Assembly: GCA_043228905.1 (NCBI GenBank)
Contig: JBHGNT010000003.1
Location: 14,136,001-14,200,000, forward strand
Source: Azolla caroliniana
Lineage: Eukaryota > Plantae > Polypodiophyta
Direction of reading: 5' to 3'
Length of the DNA stretch: 64,000 nucleotides
In this document: one piece after another, positions 25,801 through 34,780 of the stretch
Layout of the letters: every line of letters begins with the position of its first letter
Numbering within the stretch: position 1 is the first letter of the stretch
Program-made: the position numbers and the translations under genes
The notes under the pieces: model-generated
Told to the model about the DNA's origin: nothing
Seen by the model: only the letters and a program-made list of their open reading frames with translations
The model's database searches: none

Positions 25801-28174
25801 TCCGTTATCCGCTCGTATCGCTTTCAGCTTCTTGCCGGATTCCCTTTCCACTCTCGCGTGGAGATCTTTGAAGACGGACAACACTTGGTCCTTTGTCTTC
25901 AACGGTGCCGTCCACAGCTTCCGGCTGTGATCATCAATGAATGTCACGAAGTACTGGGCTCCGCCATGTGACTTCGTTTCTACCTGACACACATCAGTGT
26001 GCACCAGCTCCAATGGTGCGCTACGTCTCGTCGGTGGCCTTGAGTGGAAGGAGGTCCGGTTTTGCTTACCGGCCAGGCAGTCGGTGCACTTCTCCAGGTG
26101 CACATGCTTCACTGGAATAAGGTTGTCTTCTGCAAGTCTCTTCATCCCCTTCTCACTCATGTGGCACAGTCTTTTGTGCCACAGCTCACCGGCAGTGTCG
26201 GCTGCCACATTCAGCTCTTCCGGACATAACCGGGCATTCATCAGGTATAGAGTGTTGACCTTCCGGGCCCGAGCCACTATCAGGCTCCCTTTGCTGAACT
26301 TCATGACACCGTTCCGGATGCTGCCCGTGTAGCCTTCATCGTCTAGCCTCCCGGCCGAGATCAGGTTCAATCGGACCTCCGGAACGTGTCGAACATCCTT
26401 CAGCAGCATCTTGCATCCGGTTGATGTCATCAGCCACACGTCTCCTATGCCGGCAATCCGGCATGTACCTTCATTTCCCATCCGGACACAGCCGTGCTCA
26501 CCGGCTGTGTAGGATGAGAAGTATTTCTTCTCCGGGGTCAGGTGGAACGACGCTCCGGAATCGACCACCCAGGTCATCTCTTCACCGGCAAGGTTCAGCT
26601 CCCTCTCTTCGGTAATGAGCATTATCTCTTCTTCACTTGCCGCGAGTGCCGTCGTTCCTTTCCGGTCCTGCCCTCGCCGATCCGGACCTCTCCGGTCCGT
26701 GGCTCCCCGGTATGCACCGTTTCTCTCCGGTGACTTCTTCGAATCGGTGTCGTCGGCTCCGTTGTCCTTTCGGTAATGCCGACAATTCTTCCGGAAGTGC
26801 CCCGTCTTCCCACAGTGGAAGCATGTGGGCCTTCCTCTTGACTGCGACCGGGTCCCCGACTTCTCCCGTCTTTGCGGACTCCGGTTCCGATGTCTTCCCC
26901 ATTCCGATTCGGTAAGCAGCGCCTTCGAGTCGGAGGCCGGTTCTTTATCTCTCCGACGCGCTTCTTCGTTCAAAATGCTTGTCTTTACCGTTTGTAGAGA
27001 CAAGTTATCTTCGGTGCAGGAGGTGCTGAGAGTCACCACCAAGTTCTCCCAGCTTTCCGGCAATGTACACATCAGAATGATGGCTTGCATTGCATCCTCC
27101 AACGGGAACTTGATCGCCGCAAGCTGGTTCACGAATCCCATGAACGTGCTTACGTGTTCCACCATACTCTCGCCGTCCCGGTACTTGAGGTTCACTATCT
27201 TTCTCATCAGGGAGGTCCGGTTCAACGCATTCTTCCTCTCGTAGAGGCCCGACAGCTTCCTCCACATCTCATATGCGTTGGTGTCGTTCGCCACGTGTTG
27301 TAGAACGCTCACGTCGACGTATTGCCGAATGGTTGCAACGGCTTTCCGGTTCAGAAGCCTCCACTCCGTCTCAAGTACCCCCTTGGGTATTTCCGACCTG
27401 TCGATCGGTTCATACAGGTCCCGAACAATGAGCAGATCCTCCATCTTTATCTTCCAGTCGGCGTAGTTCTGCGCGTTCAGCACCATCATCCCCGGCTGCC
27501 CGCTGCTGCCGCCTTCCATTTTCTGTGTTACCGTCGCTCTGATACCACTTTGTTGAAAACAGTGCTCGGCCACAACCGAGGAACTGGATCGATCAACTCA
27601 CAGAAAACGGGAAATACAATATGCACGAAGACAACAGAGAGAAAGGTACACAGGATGTTTTACGTGGAAAACCCTAAATGGGAAAAACCACGGGAGTCCT
27701 CAAACTCCAACTATCACTATAAACAGAGGTGTACAATGGTGAAGCTACAAGGCAACAACCTTGAGCTCACTGTCTTCGCCACAGGCGGCGGTAATACACA
27801 GAGGCAACGACCTCTTCGTCTCTCTCTCTTTCTCTCTCTCGGCTGCTCTCTCTTCGCATGAAAAATAAGCAACAACCTAAAACTGTTTGCCCTAAGTCAT
27901 ATTTATACATATATGACTTTCGGGATATTTACAAATATAGCCTCAAGGGCTCTTAGCAAACATATTCACAAATATGTCCCTGCATCCGGATCTCTCTCCG
28001 GGTACATTCGTCATCCGGCTCCGTAGCCGGGGTCTTCATCATCCGGATCCGTATCCGGGTACTCTTCATCCGGCTTCATGCCGGGTACTCTTCATCATCC
28101 GGTTCCGTAACCGCAACCGGGCTTGCCGTCATTCATCTCCGGACATCCCATCCGGAGGGACCGAAATCCCAACA
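22812..28174 (-). mobile_element. Intact Ty1/Copia, sister subfamily of 14308-19652
   Basis: 624-bp LTRs at 22812-23435 and 27551-28174 (about 3 differences by eye), TSD ttata, Met PBS at 27536-27547. Confidence 0.97.
23446..27519 (-). CDS. Copia Gag-Pol polyprotein
   Basis: Uninterrupted ORF, nearly identical in protein sequence to 14952-19028. Confidence 0.96.
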   Translation of the reverse strand: MEGGSSGQPGMMVLNAQNYADWKIKMEDLLIVRDLYEPIDRSEIPKGVLETEWRLLNRKAVATIRQYVDVSVLQHVANDTNAYEMWRKLSGLYERKNALNRTSLMRKIVNLKYRDGESMVEHVSTFMGFVNQLAAIKFPLEDAMQAIILMCTLPESWENLVVTLSTSCTEDNLSLQTVKTSILNEEARRRDKEPASDSKALLTESEWGRHRNRSPQRREKSGTRSQSRGRPTCFHCGKTGHFRKNCRHYRKDNGADDTDSKKSPERNGAYRGATDRRGPDRRGQDRKGTTALAASEEEIMLITEERELNLAGEEMTWVVDSGASFHLTPEKKYFSSYTAGEHGCVRMGNEGTCRIAGIGDVWLMTSTGCKMLLKDVRHVPEVRLNLISAGRLDDEGYTGSIRNGVMKFSKGSLIVARARKVNTLYLMNARLCPEELNVAADTAGELWHKRLCHMSEKGMKRLAEDNLIPVKHVHLEKCTDCLAGKQNRTSFHSRPPTRRSAPLELVHTDVCQVETKSHGGAQYFVTFIDDHSRKLWTAPLKTKDQVLSVFKDLHARVERESGKKLKAIRADNGGEYRGQFQEYCRSKGIRLEFTVPKTPELNGLAERMNRTIMERVRSMLAHAKLPKGFWAEAMSTATYVINRSPSVPLDGDTPQKVWTGKEVSYRHLKVFGCLAYVHVAKDRRGKLDPKTRPCIFLGYGDDEFGYRVWDPVDKKIFRSRDIIFMEDKTLADWESEKKMKSSKSTGENQLYKEQSRPARDRLALEDPAEDGEESEPAEEDETDTGTGPDPEMDSDEEETDEPVTEAPERRYPLRERRAPRRFPEPEHVLLTDEGEPESFEEAKHDTQSRRWLSAMQDEMDSLHENHTYELVELPKGKRALRNKWVFKLKPGDAGNLPRYKARIVVKGFQQKKGVDFDEIFAPVVKMTSIRTVLSIAASMDLEVEQMDVKTTFLHGDLEEEIYMQQPEGFEKKGKEHLVCRLKKSLYGLKQAPRQWYRKFDSFMTDEGYLKTQSDHCVFVKKFEGGDLLILLLYVDDMLIVGRDQVKIRMLKKALHRTFSMKDLGPARQILGMHIIRDRSKKQLWLSQEKYVTKVLQRFNMSEARPVGSTLPANCKLSSKQSPKTKAEKEDMMKVPYASAVGSLMYAMVCTRPNIGYAVGVVSRYMSNPGKEHWNAVKWILRYLKGTANVCLRFGSGKPELDGFTDSDMSADADTSRSTSGYVMTYAGGAVSWQSRLQKTVALSTTEAEYMAAVEAGKEIIWMKDFIRELGIRQEEYRLYCDSQSAIHLAKNAAYHSRTKHIQRRYHWIRERIEDQEFVLTKIHTDENGSDMLTKVLTPDKLEACRKRIGLERHPMPK

Positions 28175-28889
28175 TTATAAACTCTTCAAAATTGTTTAGT
28201 AATGGAGATTCCTTTTTTAACAACGGAGCGAACAACCTTAGATAGCACACTGATATTAATATCGTCAACATCACTATTAAGTAACATCATTAGACTAGAC
28301 CTTTTTAAGACAAGATCATCTTCTGACCTGCTCATGGATACGAAACTATTACGGAGATTATTTACTAGTACAGATGTTATGTTTGCATTAAGACCATCAC
28401 AATCAACTAACTCCTTTATCGATGGATCATTTAATATTCCATAAAGTACTACCTTCTTGTCTTCATTGTTGATGTGCTTGGTTTGAACATTGAAATAGTC
28501 TACAACCTTTCTCTCTATGATAGTAGTCTCATTACTTCCATTCTTAGTGATATTTAGATCTATATCGCAACCAATACTATATTTACCTTTAGTGAGTGTG
28601 GCTTTCGTATCCTTCAACAATTGATGATGTTTTCTTTTTTTCTCTACCCAATACTTTCGTTCGCTTGTTGTGTCCTGATAGCGTCATCCCTATCTTGATG
28701 ATCATTGAGGGGTAATTCTAAACACCCTCCTTCCCCTTCCATTTGGCTTGACGGGTTTAAACCCTAATTTTCCCGAAAAAAAGACACGTATTTAAAGATG
28801 GCTATGGGAAACAACAATACACAAAAATATTCCACAATACACAAGATTATACACAACAATACACAAGATAATCAATAGACAGAATAGTT

Positions 28890-29725
28890 ATTCAAATCCA
28901 AGACTGAACAGTGGCGGTAATCCAGGGCCGAATAGTGGCGGCAACTGAGTGTAGAATGGCGGTAGTGGAGGAGTGAACTCCGTTTGATCGAATAGTTTTG
29001 ACAATCCAAGACCGAACAATGGCGGCAACTGAGTGTAGAATAGTGGCAATGAAGGAGTGAATTCCGTTGGATCGAACTGTGGCAGATGATGCTTGGAACG
29101 CACATTGACAACAACTGAGAGTAGAATGGCGGCAATGGAGAAGGAGTGAACTCCTTCGAATCAAAAATTGGCAGCAATACACGACCGAATAGTAGCTGCA
29201 ACTAAGTGTAGAATGATGGCAATGGATGAGTGAAATCCTTCAAATCGAAAAGTGGCAGCAATCCAAGACCAAATAGTCGCAACAACTAAGTATAGAATGA
29301 TGGCAATGGAGGAGTGAACTCTGTCAGATTGAATAGTGGCAGATGATGCTTGGAACGCACAGTGACGGCAACTCAGAGTACAATGGCGGCAGTGGGGAAG
29401 GAGTGAACTCCCTCAGATCGAAAAGTGGCAGCAATGCACAACCGAATAGTAGCGGCAACTAAGTGTAGAATGATTGCAATGGATGAGTGAACTCCGTCAA
29501 ATCAAAAAGTGGCAGCAATCTAGGACCAGTCACCGAATAGTAGCGGCAGCTGAGTGTAGAATGATGGCAATGGAGGAGTGAACTCCGTCAGATGGAATAG
29601 TGGCTGATGATGCTTGGAACACACAGTGATGGTAACTGGAGAAGGAGTTAACTCCGTCGGATCAAAAAGTGGCAGCAATATACGACCTTCACAGTAGCGG
29701 CAACTGAGTGTAGAGTGGCGGCCTA
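28890..29725. repeat. Degenerate tandem repeat array (~75-105 bp subunits)
   Basis: Recurring gtagaatg(g/a)(c/t)ggcaatgga...gagtgaactcc...atcgaa..agtggcag motifs, about 9 copies. Confidence 0.85.
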
Positions 29726-29729
29726 CTTC

Positions 29730-31887
29730 TAGAATGCTCACGAGTTAAACAGACGTCAAACTCGGTGGGCTCAGTTCCTCACTCGTTTGGACTTCAAGAT
29801 TACATATCGTCTGGGAAAGCAATAGGGGAAGGCAGATGCATTATCAAGATGCTCGCATCTAGCTCCTCGACTTTCTGATCTAGCCTTCGACAATCAAAAG
29901 CAAGTAATCATGGGTCCAGCATGACGTCAAGCAACGTGGGTTTTTGACACTTCATTGGATTCCCACATTATCGATACCGTACGTGAAGATTTGAAGACAG
30001 ATGTTTTTCCTCAATCTATTCTAGATCAAATCAATCCCTCTCGAACATCTTGTTTACGGTCACAACAACGAGGTATGGATTATCGACAATTCAAATGTCA
30101 TAATGGTTTAATCTTCTTTAAGAAACTTCTATATGTTCCCAATGATTTGTGTCATCTTCGAGTAGTACAAAATTGTCATGACACATACACAGCCGGACAT
30201 TTTGATAGTACTAAATCACTGGATTTAGTACAACGATAATTTTGGTGGCCCCATCTGCGAAGATTTGTCGAAGACTATGTTCGGACATGTGATACATGTT
30301 GCCGAACGAAGATCCCCAACCAAACCGTGGCAATCTATTTCTCTAGATTTTATCACAGATCTTCCAGATTCGAAGGGCTTCAATGAGATCTTAACAGTGG
30401 TAGATCGATATATTAAGATGGCATGTTTCATGGCCTGTACTAAAGAAATTACTAGTTAAGAAACCGCGGGAATTGTTATGCGTGAAGTATTTCAACATCA
30501 TGGTCTTCCCGACAATATCATCAGTGATCGTGAACCTCAATTCATCTCTAAATTTTGGAAGCATCTCTTCAAAATGTTCAAGGTCACTTGCAATCTCTCC
30601 TCAAGCTATCATCCCCAAACAAATGGACAAGTAGAAAGTACCAATCAAATGCAGGAACGATATCTTCAATGCTTTCTAAGCGTTATCAACAAGATGATTG
30701 GGGAGATATTCTACATTTTGCTAAATTTGCTTATATTAATTCTATCCACTCCTCTACTAGGATTACACCATTCTAGGCTTATACCAAAGTTATCATCGTC
30801 ACTGGTGTGTGTTAGAAACTCTTGAGTTACCCACAAATTCTAGTGCAAAGGATCATTTGGAGTGGCCAAGACGAATTCAGGTAGAACTATCTATCCATAT
30901 ACATCGCGACCACCAAACACAAAAGGACTATGCAGATCGTCATCAGCTTCCATCCTCTTTTGATATTGGAGATTGAGTATGACTATTATGATGGCACATC
31001 AAGACTACTCAACAATGTGACAAACTAGATTATCGACAGTTAGGCCCTTTCCGTATTAACGAAAAAAATAGTGATGTCCCTTTTCACCTTGATCTACCTC
31101 CACAACTACGGATACATCCAGTATTTCAAAGCTCTCTTCTAGAACCCTATTAGGAAAACACTATCCCATATCGTATTACACCACCTCCAACCCCAATCAA
31201 ACTTGAAGATGGACCTGAGTACGAGGTTGTTGCCATCCTCAATTCCAAGATTGTTCGCAACAAGTTCTATCATTTAGTCGATTGGCTAGGATATAGTCCA
31301 AGCGAGCGTACTTGGGAACCAGTGACGAATTTCGAGGATGCTTAAGCTCTTCTTGAAGAGTTTCATCATCAATATCCAGACAAACGAGGTTCTCAATAAA
31401 AGACGACTTGTAACACTCGTTGTTTAAAGGGGCATATAGTGTCATGATATGGCATGGTATAGCTCCAAAAATATTTAAACCCATGACCTTGTGTTACAAG
31501 GGTTGAACCCTTACCATTAAACCATGCATTGTAATACGAAAAGTATTACTTTCATTTACTATTTGACTAAAGAAAATTCATGTATATTGTAGATTACTCT
31601 AGAACATTCTAGAAACTTCAAGAGTACTCCTGACGGTGCTATAAATAGAGGCACATAGCATTGTTAAGAATCAATTCAGTTCAATGCCAATCTTAAGCCT
31701 CCTCGTTGTTTCTGTATCTTTCTTCATATAATATACTATACTTCCTGTTGTTATCATTCTCTCTCTCTCTCTCTCTCTCTTCCCCTCTTGTGATTCTCAC
31801 ACACTCTTTCCCTTCTTAGTACTAATCTTCATTCTTCTCCTCTATATTTAGTACTAATTCTCATTGCCACTAGTACTATCCCTAACA
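29730..31887 (+). mobile_element. 3' part of a second Tcn1-like chromovirus (RNase H end, INT, chromodomain, 3' LTR)
   Basis: Colinear with the element at 13186-28245. LTR 31440-31887 (tgtcat...cctaaca) follows a purine tract. Confidence 0.88.
31473..31531 (-). ncRNA. Degenerate tRNA-like module in LTR U3
   Basis: Reverse complement reads tggtttaatggtaaggg...cttgtaa...ggtcatgggtttaaat. Positional homolog of 13584-13653. Confidence 0.55.
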
Positions 31888-31899
31888 TTTCCCTTGCTC

Positions 31900-34171
31900 T
31901 TCGATGATGGCTTCATGACCAAGCCTAGCAGGCTACATTTGAGTGACGGAGGCACCTCCCCACCCAACTCCCACGACATGGCGACCATGATCAACATCGA
32001 TACGATCACCAACGCCACAATCAAGAAGACGTTGGGCCTGACATCGATAAGCGAACGCCAATTCGAGGTCCCTTCCTCAGAGGTCCTCAAACGCCACTTT
32101 GGCGAATATTCCCTCTCAGCCAAAGCATATAGGACACGGGACTACCTCGACCCGTTCTTCCAAGAAATAACAAAGTTTCTTTTAGAGGTGGGGTGTGTAC
32201 ACCCGAATGCATATGGGATGCCGAAGAAGAAGGTCGGCATCATCATTTCGACTTTCGAAGGGCACGTTGTTGACAAGGGATTCAACACAGGTGTTGAGAG
32301 ACAAGCTCAACATCAGCCGGATCGGCTGAAGAAGCCAAGGACCGGATCGGTTGGGACCGATCGGTTAGGCCGAGTGCGTAAACCGAGAGGTCGTTAGGAA
32401 AGATATTCCGTGAGGAATATATTTGGGAGTTAGTGTAGGAGCTCTTGATGAGCATTGAAGTACTGTCAGTACTTCGGTCAGTCCTTCTAGGACTTGTATA
32501 AAAGTGTTAACTGAGCACGTCTTATGTACAGACTGAGTATTATTATTGAAATAGTTTTTCTATTTTCCTCTCTCTATCTCTCCTGCGTATACCGTGTAAG
32601 CCCAAGCTCTCCATTGAACCTGAGTTTCCTCCCTTCTGTTCGGTCTTCATACTTGCTTCCGCACGCTACTTTCTACAACAGGGTTGTCCATGCACGAAGT
32701 ACTCCACGCCTTCCAGGCAGGTAAAAAGCTCCGCCCAATAATCCAACAATATTTCACGATATTGTTCCCTCCACAGGCTCTCCCAGCTCCGCATTAGTAG
32801 ATCGACTAGATCGAAAGGACGGTCGAGGTTTGGTAAAAGATGTGGCTCCATAACCTACCCCCGCAGTCACCGTCGAAATGAAGCCCACATAGGTGCTTGA
32901 AGAAATTTTTCGGGCCCAATAGACCCTAACCGGAAATATACAACGAGGCAAAGGCATCCTCAGGCCCAATAATGTCGTAATGGCTTACCCGGAGATGCCA
33001 GTCGTGGCCCACGAATTCGCATCGGTGCTCCAATTCGGCACCTCCTTTGAAATCAAGGAATTCTTTGGCCACGCAGCAAATCAAAGTCTCGCAACGCATG
33101 GCGGAGGAACACGTGGAAAGGCAAATGATCAAGTCAGCTCAGGCCGGAATGGAAGAACGAGAGGAAGAATGTGCTCTAACCAAGATCGGCTGAATGTAGA
33201 ACGTGGATGACGGCCGTATGGGAATCGAGTTGCCCCCATTAAACATCACCTTTGTCAAAGTTCACAGGGAGCTCACCACAATGCGGAATGGCGCGAAGGA
33301 TATGGTTCATAAGAACAAGATGGCAAATAAGGCCGAAAAGTACACCAAGTAGCAACTTGAGGTGGCAAAATTTCGAACCTCAAGAAAGCTCTCGAGGAGA
33401 TGCGTACTAGCACAGAGATAAACACAGAGCGCATTAAGATCCTCCTAGCAACAATGCATGAAATATTTACGTAACAACTTCAAGCGGCTCTAAACACAAG
33501 ATGGGCCGAATGGGCAAAGCAAGCCGCAAAGCTCCACACATACCGAACTAACCAAGAGAATCGGCTGAATGATGGGAATGGCTTCTACAAACTTAACGAG
33601 GAAATCATTGCCACGGTCCACGAGGACCTTACGCAAGACTATCAAGCCCTGGCCGGTCGCCGCTCCAAGGAGATAGTGCAACTGCTTGAAGAGTTCGGCC
33701 ACAGTCAGCTTGACACCTCCCTCCAACTCTAGGCATTCGAAAACGAGCAAAGGAAGGGAGCACACAATCGAAAGACCCTAGTAACTGGAAGAAGAAATCT
33801 CAGAGGTCACCACAACGTCAAACCCACCCTTGGATGCAGAACCGGATTCCCTCAACACCACGACAAAAGATAAGGTTGAAGGCTCTATGTGCCGCACGAA
33901 GAGCCCACACGAGAAGCTACACATGTGGTTAGAAGAGCTACAAGCAAAATAAGCGCCAACCGCCTCCCCAACAGAAGAAAGCCCGCAACAAGAACAACCA
34001 AAAGAAGTTGCACTGGAGCTTACAAAACCCACGGGCCTCCCTACACCAGAATTGATGGAACAGAACCCCCCCCCAATCCGCGCCTTGACGTTGACCACGA
34101 CACCCCCCGTCATTTCCACAAAGATGGACCGTCCAGAGCCGAACATCCTGGACATCTTCAACAAAGAATGA
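31900..34171 (+). pseudogene. Extra ORF copy 3
   Basis: 'HFGEYSLSAKAYRT' motif, coiled coil, and NILDIFNKE* terminus. Split by the solo LTR at 32292-32677. Confidence 0.7.
32292..32677 (+). mobile_element. Solo LTR of the Copia family at 45583-57686
   Basis: tgttgag...ttctaca with TSD acagg/acagg. Matches the reverse complement of 45583-45974. Confidence 0.93.
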
Positions 34172-34180
34172 AGGTCCTCT

Positions 34181-34220
34181 GTGGGTTTGATTGTGTAGGC
34201 ACTATCCCACAAGCATGTCA
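34181..34220 (+). other. tRNA-3'-half-like motif in the PPT position (copy 3)
   Basis: gtgggtttga-ttgtgtaggcacta-tcccac-aagcatg-tca, then tg and the LTR start tgttgg. Confidence 0.7.
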
Positions 34221-34222
34221 TG

Positions 34223-34780
34223 TGTTGGCCGCCTTGGACGGCCAAGTTGGAAAGGTCGAGAAGGAGAAAAGACAAAGGGACGGCTATGGCAAATGAAGAA
34301 GACGGGTGGGGTCATAGAGTAATGAAGACGGAGTAACCGTCGTGGTGTAGGGACAACCGAAGTGTAACTAATATGTTTAGAAAGAGAAATGGTTCACGTG
34401 ACAAGCGTAGCCGAGCATAACCTTGTATATAAAGGGCCTAGAAAACTTGTAATAGCTCGCGATAATTTTGTATTGAAACGTCTGCAATATAGTTTCTGTT
34501 TGCCTGACTCTCTCTGTATTGTAACTCTTGTATCTAATTTCGTGTCGAGTTCATTTATTGTGTTGAGTCATATACATTGCGTATGTTGTTCCGTAAGGGG
34601 TCTGTTATAGTCGTCTTCCTAATCTCCACAGTCTCCACGATTAAGTTCACACTTACGACCTTAGGGTAGAGTCACCCGTATCACGGTTATGACGTACTCT
34701 CCAGTCCTGAACCACAATACCCCTTGAGCCGAACCCCGAAGGACTAAGGATTCGGCATAGTGTCACCTTAACCAATAACA
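34223..34780 (+). repeat. 3' LTR of extra-ORF element 3
   Basis: tgttgg...aataaca with TATA tatataaagg at ~34427. Abuts a truncated minus-strand Gypsy integrase at 34781. Confidence 0.7.

Larger units (their letters stand above)
13186..28245 (-). mobile_element. Decayed Tcn1-like chromovirus hosting two Copia insertions; 5' LTR missing
   Basis: 3' LTR ~13186-13659 and PPT aaaagggggataa. Chromodomain 'EYEVAAILDS...YYLVD...TWEP' at ~13740-13880. INT, RT and PR fragments. Gag 'PMEID...GPL..EEKQRRR..CLYCG..GH' continues across the Copia TSD to ~28245. Confidence 0.88.

Noticed and set aside
15005-27466. Many antisense and alternate-frame ORFs conserved between the two Copias
   Set aside because: Shadow ORFs of GC-rich coding sequence in near-identical elements.
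28890-29725. CRISPR-like appearance of the repeat array
   Set aside because: The repeats are degenerate tandem units without unique spacers, the context is eukaryotic, and there are no cas genes.
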